Shown here piece after piece: positions 44,859-52,988 of a DNA stretch of 54,215 bases. The position numbers and the translations under genes are program-made. Source of the DNA: Chloracidobacterium sp. (GTDB lineage: Bacteria; Acidobacteriota; Blastocatellia; Pyrinomonadales; Pyrinomonadaceae); NCBI GenBank assembly GCA_031376085.1, contig JANMDA010000227.1, forward strand, positions 1 to 54,215, in the 5' to 3' direction. Under the pieces are notes generated by a model. That model was not told the DNA's origin and ran no database searches. It was given only the letters and a program-made list of their open reading frames with translations. Positions within the stretch are counted from its first letter, which is position 1. Each line of letters begins with the position of its first letter.

Positions 44859-45713
44859 ATGTTAAAAACAGCCTTTATCGGCAACGAAAATTTTTACGAC
44901 GAAAAAATATGCGAATGGTTAAGCCAGCACACTGACCTTTCACTGATCATCTGGACCGATAAGATGCATTGGTCGTTTAACGGAGATGGCGGGAGACGGG
45001 AAAGAGTCATGCAGCGTTTTAAGGAGCGATCAAAACGCTACGGTACGATCCGCACTGCCAACGAATTTCTTTACTACCTGTTGTATAGGACTTTTATTGC
45101 GCAGAAAGATATTCCAAAAGTAAAACAGGTCGTCGCTACACTGAAGTTCAGTCCTAAGAAAGATCTATCGCAGATCGAGCAGATCAGGCCGGACAATATT
45201 AAGTCGAAAGAGTTGCTGGCAGCGATCGAAGCACACAAACTGGATGCGATGTTTGCCATGTGCGTCGATGTGTATATGCCAAACACACTTATCAACGCAC
45301 CGAAATACGGTACCTTTTTGTGGCACGAGGGTATCACCCCAAATTACCGCGGCGTATATTCGCCATTTTGGGCTCTTGTTAACAAAGATTACGACAATCT
45401 CGGATATACATTGCTTCGTATGAATGCGAAATTGGATGCCGGAGAAATTTATGTTCAGGGACAGGCGGAAGACATTGATCTCGTCAACGATTGGCACAGT
45501 TACATTGGGCATAAAGCTGTCCTCGACAGCCTGCCAAAAGTAGAAATGTTTCTTGCAGATCTTGAAGCGCACAAACTTCAACCAATAGACCGGTCGGATG
45601 AAAAAGACGGCTATTACTCGTATCCGACCGCGACCGCACTTTTCAAACTAATGTTTACTCGAATATTTTCCCGTAACTCTATTCCTCGATCTGCAGTTAA
45701 TAACGGCAAATAA
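44859..45713 (+). CDS. formyltransferase family protein
   Basis: WHEGITPNYRGVYSPFWAL (the H...P.YRG formyltransferase motif) and NAKLDAGEIY. Confidence 0.6.
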   Translation: MLKTAFIGNENFYDEKICEWLSQHTDLSLIIWTDKMHWSFNGDGGRRERVMQRFKERSKRYGTIRTANEFLYYLLYRTFIAQKDIPKVKQVVATLKFSPKKDLSQIEQIRPDNIKSKELLAAIEAHKLDAMFAMCVDVYMPNTLINAPKYGTFLWHEGITPNYRGVYSPFWALVNKDYDNLGYTLLRMNAKLDAGEIYVQGQAEDIDLVNDWHSYIGHKAVLDSLPKVEMFLADLEAHKLQPIDRSDEKDGYYSYPTATALFKLMFTRIFSRNSIPRSAVNNGK

Positions 45714-47161
45714 TGCAATTGGTTCAAGGCGTAGAAAAAAATAAACCACCAAAAGAGGTTGGTAAACACGACAGTTGTATGGTCGCTCTCATACCGAGAG
45801 GGGAAGTTATCAGGAATTTTGTCCATTCGGGGATACTCGATGAGATCGAAGCAAATACCAGACTGTCATTATTCACTGTTTCGCCCGAAGCAGAGACTGA
45901 CCGCATGCTCCGCGAACGGTTTGATCATGTCCATCCGCTAACGGAATATCGAGAGAAATGGCTGATCCGTTTTCAGAGGGAGATCATTGATATTGCGCAT
46001 GGACGGTGGCTTTGGTCGCGAGCCGCGCAAGAGCGCTGGAGATTAAGAGACAGCGAAGCCAGGACTCTTCGTCAAAAAACCTTTAGAGCAATAAAAAAAG
46101 TGCTTAGTTTGCCGTTTGCAAGCAATAGCGGAATAAATATTCTCACCAAGACCGAAAGGGTAAGCAGCCGATTACTAAATCCAACTGATGAATACACCGA
46201 TCTATACAAGACGATCAAACCTACTCTTGTTTTTAACGGTTCACACATTCATAGCCGTAATGCGATCCAGGCGATACAGTCGGCTCAATGGCTCGGCATT
46301 CCTACGGCCACGTTCATTTTTAGTTGGGATAATCTGACGTCACAAGGGCGGATCACATTGCCCTATGATTATTTCCTCGTTTGGAATGAATCTCTAAAGA
46401 AGCAGTTGCTCGATATGTACGGGTGGATAAAACCTGAAAATGTGTTCGTAACTGGTACACCGCAATTTGATTTTCATTTTCAAACGAAATTTTATTTATC
46501 TCGCGACGAATACTGTAGCCAAATTGGGGCGGACCCGGAACGTCCGATCGTGCTTTATACTACGGGGATGCCGAATCACATGCCCGGCGAGCCGGAGATC
46601 GTTGAAGAGATCGCAGACATGCTTGCAGAATTTGCGGAGACTGAGAAACCGCAATTGTTAGTCAGAGTTTATGCGAAGGATCTGACGGGGCGTTTTGACG
46701 ACTTAAGACGCCGGCGGCCGGATATTCTGTTTGCCGATCCACTTTGGGAACCTGCGTGGCTTACGCCAAAATATGAAGATTCTTTTGCATTGGTGAATGC
46801 TCTTAGGCATTGTTCGCTTGGAATTAACGTAGCTTCAACAGTGTCGTTGGAACTTTGTATGTTCGATAAACCGGTCATCAACGTAGGTTATAATCCGAGA
46901 TCCGTACCTTTAGAAGAACTTTCGTATGCGGATTATTATCAATTCGACCATTACAAACCCGTTGTTGACAGCGAAGCTATTCATGTTGCCTGGGATGCCG
47001 AAAACATGAGGTTACTGCTAAAGAATTCTCTGACAAATCCAGATGAATATTCTAAGCAGCGTGAGAAATTGATCGATCAAATGTTTGGTTCAATGCTCGA
47101 TGGTAAATCGGGAGAACGAGTTGCCGAGACCCTACTCAAAATTGCTCGAAAGAAAAAATAG
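45713..47161 (+). CDS. GT-B-like transferase of unknown specificity, paralogue of 41523-42977
   Basis: See 41523-42977. Here the 'RPHP' position reads LLVRVYAKD. TAATG overlap with the formyltransferase gene. Confidence 0.45.
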   Translation: MQLVQGVEKNKPPKEVGKHDSCMVALIPRGEVIRNFVHSGILDEIEANTRLSLFTVSPEAETDRMLRERFDHVHPLTEYREKWLIRFQREIIDIAHGRWLWSRAAQERWRLRDSEARTLRQKTFRAIKKVLSLPFASNSGINILTKTERVSSRLLNPTDEYTDLYKTIKPTLVFNGSHIHSRNAIQAIQSAQWLGIPTATFIFSWDNLTSQGRITLPYDYFLVWNESLKKQLLDMYGWIKPENVFVTGTPQFDFHFQTKFYLSRDEYCSQIGADPERPIVLYTTGMPNHMPGEPEIVEEIADMLAEFAETEKPQLLVRVYAKDLTGRFDDLRRRRPDILFADPLWEPAWLTPKYEDSFALVNALRHCSLGINVASTVSLELCMFDKPVINVGYNPRSVPLEELSYADYYQFDHYKPVVDSEAIHVAWDAENMRLLLKNSLTNPDEYSKQREKLIDQMFGSMLDGKSGERVAETLLKIARKKK

Positions 47162-47173
47162 TTCGCGCAAAAA

Positions 47174-48112
47174 ATGGACATCCCAACAATTTCTGTAGTT
47201 ACACCAACCTTTCATCGTCCTGAAGAAGTAAGAGGATTATTGTCCAATCTTTCAGAGCAATCACTATTGCCGACTGAAGTCATTCTCATTGATAGTTCTC
47301 CAGATGATGAAACGGAAATGATCGTCCGGGCAGTCAAGGATCAATACCAATTCGACGTTAAGTACATACGCCAGGGTGGCGGAACGGCAATTCAAAGAAA
47401 CCACGGCATTAACGCCGCCACCGGACATTTTGTTGCGTTTGTAGATGACGATGTCAGGCTGGACAAAGATTTTTTCAAAAATATTCTCGATGTATTTGGC
47501 CAGGATTCGGAATGCAAGATCGGCGGTGTCGTCGGTTATCGTGCAAATGAATATTTTGGCGCAGACGCATCACAGCGATGGCGGTGGTATAAGCGTTTAG
47601 GACTATTGACGGAATTCGAGCCCGGTCGTTATGACTTTAAAAGCGGTTATCCGATCAATAACAGTTTACAGCCGCCTTTTTCGGGAACGAGGGAAGTTGA
47701 TTTTATGACAACGGCTTGTGCGGTTTGGCGGCGTGAAGTATTTGATGCGGGCGGGCGCTTCCATGAATTTTTTCGGGATTATGGAGTTCTCGAAGACGCA
47801 CATTTTTCTCTAAAGGCCGGCCGCACATGGACATTGCTGCAATGCGGCGACGCTAAATGTGAAGAACTTCGCTCTCCGCACGGGAGGGCGGACCGGCGCC
47901 GAATAGGTTACAAATGTGTCGCGAATTATTATTTTGTCTTTCGTGATATTGTCGGGCCACTCGGTGTTCGACGGTCATTCCGTTTTTGGCGTTATCAAGC
48001 CTTCGAATTTTTACGGATCGCAGCTTCGGCTTTGCGGCGGCGACGCTGGAGCGATGTGCAGGAGCTGCTCGGAAGGATCGAGGGAGTGCTTAGCGTCGCT
48101 CGGGGAATATGA
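47174..48112 (+). CDS. family 2 glycosyltransferase
   Basis: ISVVTPTFHRPEEV...LIDSSPDDET...FVAFVDDDV (DxD). Confidence 0.8.
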   Translation: MDIPTISVVTPTFHRPEEVRGLLSNLSEQSLLPTEVILIDSSPDDETEMIVRAVKDQYQFDVKYIRQGGGTAIQRNHGINAATGHFVAFVDDDVRLDKDFFKNILDVFGQDSECKIGGVVGYRANEYFGADASQRWRWYKRLGLLTEFEPGRYDFKSGYPINNSLQPPFSGTREVDFMTTACAVWRREVFDAGGRFHEFFRDYGVLEDAHFSLKAGRTWTLLQCGDAKCEELRSPHGRADRRRIGYKCVANYYFVFRDIVGPLGVRRSFRFWRYQAFEFLRIAASALRRRRWSDVQELLGRIEGVLSVARGI

Positions 48113-48154
48113 ATGTTCAAAGGTCTTTCGATCATGCCTCGATAAGCAAACGGA

Positions 48155-49315
48155 ATGTTTCTCGCTGTAATATCACACAAAATTTGCTGGCCGTCTGAAA
48201 GTTCGCTATCCGGATTTTCAACTGACGGCGGTTTTCCGCTTCACATGGAGGCGATCTCAGAGCTTTTCGCTAAAACCACCTTAGTAATTCCTTCCGAAAA
48301 TTCAGCATCGTTAAACGGTGCATCGCCGCTAAAGGGCCGCAATTTAGAAGTTGTTCCTTTGTCAGTACCTGGCGGTTCCGGTTTGCGAAGAAAGCTGGGC
48401 ATTCCATTGTGGATTATCCGCAATGGAAAAATTATCTGGAGCGAAGTAAAAAAAGCCGACGCGGTCCATACGCCGATACCGGGCGATGTTGGAACGATCG
48501 GAATGATCTTTGCCCTGCTGATGCGTAAACCGCTCTTTGTGAGGCATTGCGGAAATTGGTTCGTGCAGCGCACTGTGGCAGAGAGATTTTGGAAATGGAG
48601 TATGGAATTTTTTGGCGGCGGACGGAATGTAATGTTTGCAACCGGCGGTTCATCCGAGGCTCCATCGCGTTGTAATTCGAGTGTGAAATGGATATTTTCA
48701 TCATCACTGAGACGCGAACAGATCGCTGGAAGCAAGTCTCTTACACTGCCGACAGACGGCAAAATTAAATTAGCGATCGCGTGCAGACAGGAAGCAAGAA
48801 AGGGAACGGACGTTGTTATCGACAGCATGCCTGACATATTGCGAGCGTTTCCGAATGCTTCGCTTGATGTGATCGGTGACGGCTCATTGCTGCCGACATT
48901 AAAACAACAAGTGCAGGATCTTGGTTTGAACGACAAAGTGACGTTTCACGGAAAACTTGAGCAAGCAAAGGTCATTTCGCTGTTAAAACAGAATCACGTT
49001 TTTTGTTATCCAACTTCAGCTTCCGAAGGTTTTCCGAAAGTCGTTCTCGAGGCTCTCGCGAGCGGGATGCCGGTAATAACGACTAAAGTTTCAGTGCTGC
49101 CCGAACTCATCTCGTCCGGTTGCGGAGTTTTGCTCGATTCGCCATCGTCAGCAGAATTGTCGAAAGCCGTTATAGATGTTTGTTCGAATCCGAACAAGTA
49201 TGAAGAAATGTCTACAAAAGCAATCGAGACCGCACAGAAATACAGTCTTGAGGACTGGCGGGATTATATTGGTAAGACCCTTCGAGAGGCTTGGAACGTT
49301 CCCACGCTTTCCTAA
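48155..49315 (+). CDS. family 4 (GT-B) glycosyltransferase
   Basis: PTSASEGFPKVVLEALASGMPVITTKV (E-x7-E region). Confidence 0.8.
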   Translation: MFLAVISHKICWPSESSLSGFSTDGGFPLHMEAISELFAKTTLVIPSENSASLNGASPLKGRNLEVVPLSVPGGSGLRRKLGIPLWIIRNGKIIWSEVKKADAVHTPIPGDVGTIGMIFALLMRKPLFVRHCGNWFVQRTVAERFWKWSMEFFGGGRNVMFATGGSSEAPSRCNSSVKWIFSSSLRREQIAGSKSLTLPTDGKIKLAIACRQEARKGTDVVIDSMPDILRAFPNASLDVIGDGSLLPTLKQQVQDLGLNDKVTFHGKLEQAKVISLLKQNHVFCYPTSASEGFPKVVLEALASGMPVITTKVSVLPELISSGCGVLLDSPSSAELSKAVIDVCSNPNKYEEMSTKAIETAQKYSLEDWRDYIGKTLREAWNVPTLS

Positions 49316-49338
49316 TCCGGACAGATCCATTTTAGAAT

Positions 49339-50421
49339 ATGAAAGTCGCTTTTCTTGCCGGAACACTTGGACGCGGCGGTGCTGAAAGGCAGCTCATCTA
49401 TATGCTCCAGGCATTAAAGGCCGAGGAGATTGAAACCCGCGTTTTGTGCCTTACAAAAGGAGAAGCATTTGAAAAAGATATTCAGGAACTCGGGATCGAT
49501 GTCGATTGGGTCGGCGGCTCACAAAATCAGTTTGTAAGGCTCGGCAAAATAATTCAGAACGTTCGAAAACATCCGGTAGAAATTTTACAAAGCGCGCATT
49601 TTTTTACAAACATTTACGCGGCTCTTACGGGGCGTATTTTGGGTGTTCAAAATATCGGTGCGATACGGAGCGATATGCTAAATGAGGTCGCATCAAATGG
49701 TTTTTTCAGCAAATGGCAATTGCAGTCTCCGCAAAATCTAATCGCAAATTCACAAATAGCCATCGACAGGGCAATTAAAATTGGGCTCGATCCCAAAAAA
49801 ATTCAGCTTGTCCGTAACGTAGTCGGAAACATCGAAGGCGATTATTATCGTTTGTCGAATAATGAAGGCGTTATCAGGATTCTGTTTGCCGGCCGACTCG
49901 TTCACCAAAAACGCTGTGAGTTATTTATTGAAATGGCGTCAAAAGTACTCAACAGATTGCCCGATGTAGAGGCAGAATTTATTATTGCGGGCGATGGGCC
50001 GCTTCGAGCCGAACTTGAACGGTTCGCCCGCGAACAAGGAATTGGTGAACCTAAATTATCATTCCTGGGTGAACAGGAAGATATGGCCGAAGTTTATAGA
50101 AAATCGGACATCCTTGTCCTCACCTCCGAACATGAAGGCACGCCAAACGTCATTTTAGAAGCAATGGCCCACGGCATAGCCGTAGTTGCCACAAAAGTTG
50201 GAGGCGTCCCGGATATAGTAAATGAACGCACGGGAATATTGGTTGAACCGGCAAATGTTGAAGAATTGACCGCAGCCGCGACGAAACTTATTCTTGATAA
50301 AGAGCTTCGACAGGAATTAGGATCAAGGGGAAAGGAATATGTCGGGAAAAATCACTCGATCGGCTATTTACAAGATAGGTTAAAGTGTATTTATTCCGAT
50401 TTAATGAGAAATCCGAAATAA
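49339..50421 (+). CDS. family 4 (GT-B) glycosyltransferase
   Basis: GGAERQL N-terminus and TSEHEGTPNVILEAMAHGIAVVATKVGGVPDIV. Confidence 0.85.
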   Translation: MKVAFLAGTLGRGGAERQLIYMLQALKAEEIETRVLCLTKGEAFEKDIQELGIDVDWVGGSQNQFVRLGKIIQNVRKHPVEILQSAHFFTNIYAALTGRILGVQNIGAIRSDMLNEVASNGFFSKWQLQSPQNLIANSQIAIDRAIKIGLDPKKIQLVRNVVGNIEGDYYRLSNNEGVIRILFAGRLVHQKRCELFIEMASKVLNRLPDVEAEFIIAGDGPLRAELERFAREQGIGEPKLSFLGEQEDMAEVYRKSDILVLTSEHEGTPNVILEAMAHGIAVVATKVGGVPDIVNERTGILVEPANVEELTAAATKLILDKELRQELGSRGKEYVGKNHSIGYLQDRLKCIYSDLMRNPK

Positions 50422-50424
50422 AGA

Positions 50425-51843
50425 ATGAGAGCAGAAGCATTAATCAATCGGCCCATCGCCCGCAGTACGAAACTCAGCGGAGTGAAAAGCAAAGTTTCGC
50501 GAGATTTTTTGATCGTGATGCTGCTGACACTTGTCCATATACCATTGGGAGTAGGTCTTTACAGCGGTGGATCGGCGGCAATACTTCACCCAGCTCTGGT
50601 CTTCTCGTTGGGATTATTTCTTGCGTTGCGAAAAAAGGTAAATACCGGTCATGTGACGTTAGTCGTCGCGTATATAGTTGGTGCAGAGGTGCTGTGGAGA
50701 ATGGCTGGTGTGCCGACACCGTGGGAATTTGGAAAATATGCCTCGGCTGCCATCCTGTTTGTCGCGTTAGTTCGCACCAAACGATTCAATTTTCCCAAAC
50801 TTCCCCTGTTGTATTTTGTATGTCTTCTTCCCGCGTGTGTTTTGACTATTTTGCAGCTGGATCTGAGCCGCGTGACGCCCACGTTGAGTTTCAACATATC
50901 AGGTCCGCTGCTGTTGATGGTAAGCTGTTGGTTTTTCTATAATGTCAGGATCAGTCCGGCACAATTTCAGAGGCTTTTATTTGCGATCATTTTGCCTCTT
51001 ATCAGCGTTGCGATTTCCGCACTTTTCTACACGGTGACGGCCGAAGAACTTAATTTCAACGGCGAATCGAATTTCACGACCAGCGGCGGTTTTGGGCCCA
51101 ATCAGGTGTCAGGAATGCTGGGCTTGGGTGCTTTTCTCTCGGTAGCCGGCCTTATGCTGCTCAAGCGAAGGCCGGGGGTCAAGATCTACTTCACAATTTC
51201 GGCTCTGTTGTTTTCTGCGCTTTCCGTAATGACGTTTTCGCGCGGAGGAATGTATAACGCTGTGGGCGCCATAACGATTCTTCTGTTATTCGGGCTACAA
51301 GATGTGGCCGCAGGATTGAAGAAGATCTTTCCCGCAATCGTTTTGGCAGGGTTTTTTCTATTCTTTATTTATCCCATGCTGAATGATTTCACCGGCGGAG
51401 CCCTACAGGAGCGTTTCGAAGATACGGGTACGACCCAGCGTTCGGAAATTGCCTCATCGGATATTGACATTTTTTTGGAGAATCCTGTATTTGGTGTCGG
51501 GGTCGGTTCTGCATACACTTACCGCGAAAAATTCTTCTTGAATAAGGCCGCAAGCCATACTGAGTTTTCGCGAATGCTGTCCGAACACGGAGGTTTTGGG
51601 CTTGCTGCATTAGCTTGTATGCTCGCAATGATGGTTGCCAACATAACACGCGCGAATTCGAAACCCGGCAAAGCTTTTGTGGCTGGAATCATGGTCTGGA
51701 CGGCCATGTTTATGATGAATACAGGTATGAGATTAGCGGCACCTGGTTTTATTTGGGGACTTAGCTTTATAACAATCGTTACTCTCCGCCAGCCGTCGCC
51801 GACGAAATCTCGCAGGACGATCACACCACAAATTCAGACATAA
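50425..51843 (+). CDS. O-antigen ligase/polymerase (Wzy_C) family membrane protein
   Basis: At least 10 predicted TM helices, a TFSRGGMYNAVGAI loop and a large periplasmic-type loop before the last helices. Confidence 0.6.
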   Translation: MRAEALINRPIARSTKLSGVKSKVSRDFLIVMLLTLVHIPLGVGLYSGGSAAILHPALVFSLGLFLALRKKVNTGHVTLVVAYIVGAEVLWRMAGVPTPWEFGKYASAAILFVALVRTKRFNFPKLPLLYFVCLLPACVLTILQLDLSRVTPTLSFNISGPLLLMVSCWFFYNVRISPAQFQRLLFAIILPLISVAISALFYTVTAEELNFNGESNFTTSGGFGPNQVSGMLGLGAFLSVAGLMLLKRRPGVKIYFTISALLFSALSVMTFSRGGMYNAVGAITILLLFGLQDVAAGLKKIFPAIVLAGFFLFFIYPMLNDFTGGALQERFEDTGTTQRSEIASSDIDIFLENPVFGVGVGSAYTYREKFFLNKAASHTEFSRMLSEHGGFGLAALACMLAMMVANITRANSKPGKAFVAGIMVWTAMFMMNTGMRLAAPGFIWGLSFITIVTLRQPSPTKSRRTITPQIQT

Positions 51844-51875
51844 CAAATTTACCATCTAACGCTGGCGATATTATT

Positions 51876-52988
51876 TTGAACCAACCCGTAGCCACCAAAG
51901 AGATCAAGCAAATGCGTTTGTGCGTTGTTGGTAACCTGCTCGGTAGAAATGCAGGTTACGTTACGTCGCAGGGACAGATATTGGCCGATCTTTTGTCGAA
52001 AGAAGGCTACACGGTGATCAGTTGCTCCTCAAAGATAAATAAGCTGTGGCGTTTGCTTGATATTGTTTGGACAGTTCTTTGGAATCGAAAAAACTTTGAC
52101 GTTCTTATTCTCGAAGTCTACAGCGGACTAAATATTTTTATGTCCGAGACGGTCAGTTTTTTTGGGCGAATTTTAGGCGTCCCAATGATCTTCGTTCTTC
52201 ACGGCGGTAATTTACCTGCGTTTTCAAAAAAGTATCCGCGTTCGGTGAAACGCGTGCTGGCAAGAGCGGACATACTTGTCGCACCTTCTACGTTTTTGGT
52301 TCGCGGACTTAAACATTTGGGATTTCCTATTCGAGTGATTCCCAATATTGTTGAGGTAGATAATTATCTATGCAGGTTCAGAAGCAAGATCGAGCCGCGA
52401 TTGATATGGATGAGGTCATTTCATCCGATTTACAATCCACAAATGGCAGTGAAGGTTTTAAAGTCGGTCAGAAATTCTCATCCTGATGCGAGCTTGGTCA
52501 TGGCGGGTCTGGATAAAGGCCTGGAGCCCGAGATCAAGAAGATGGCAGCGGACTTAGGTTTACAAGATGCGATTCGCTTTCCGGGTTTTCTTAACCATGA
52601 AGAAAAGATCAAGGAATTTTCCGAAGCCGACATTTACCTGAACACAAACAGAATAGATAATATGCCGGTCGCCGTTGTCGAAGCATGCGCAATAGGGCTG
52701 CCGGTGATTGCAACCGCGGTCGGGGGCTTGTCAGATCTTTTAGAAGATGGCACGAATGGAATGTTGGTCGCTGATGAAGATGTTGACGGTATGGCAAATG
52801 CAGTCAATTCGCTTTTGCAAGACCCGGAACTGACAAAAAAACTTTCAAAGAATGGACGATTGTTGGCGGAGTTGTCTTCGTGGAAAGCTGTTCGAATCTG
52901 TTGGGACGAACTTTTCGCTGAGATCATGAAAACCAAGCCTCAAGAACAAACGCCAAAAGATTTTTCATTCCTTACTTCGAATAAATGA
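51876..52988 (+). CDS. family 4 (GT-B) glycosyltransferase
   Basis: NTNRIDNMPVAVVEACAIGLPVIATAVGGLSDLLEDGTNG. The track start is TTG 51876. An alternative start is ATG 51912 (MRLCVVGNLLG). Confidence 0.8.
   Translation: MNQPVATKEIKQMRLCVVGNLLGRNAGYVTSQGQILADLLSKEGYTVISCSSKINKLWRLLDIVWTVLWNRKNFDVLILEVYSGLNIFMSETVSFFGRILGVPMIFVLHGGNLPAFSKKYPRSVKRVLARADILVAPSTFLVRGLKHLGFPIRVIPNIVEVDNYLCRFRSKIEPRLIWMRSFHPIYNPQMAVKVLKSVRNSHPDASLVMAGLDKGLEPEIKKMAADLGLQDAIRFPGFLNHEEKIKEFSEADIYLNTNRIDNMPVAVVEACAIGLPVIATAVGGLSDLLEDGTNGMLVADEDVDGMANAVNSLLQDPELTKKLSKNGRLLAELSSWKAVRICWDELFAEIMKTKPQEQTPKDFSFLTSNK

Noticed and set aside
50385-50942. 185-aa plus-strand ORF overlapping the start of the Wzy-like gene
   Set aside because: It is an out-of-frame overlap with a 472-aa multi-TM ORF that begins 4 nt after the preceding gene. 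The alternative frame has no TM or domain features.
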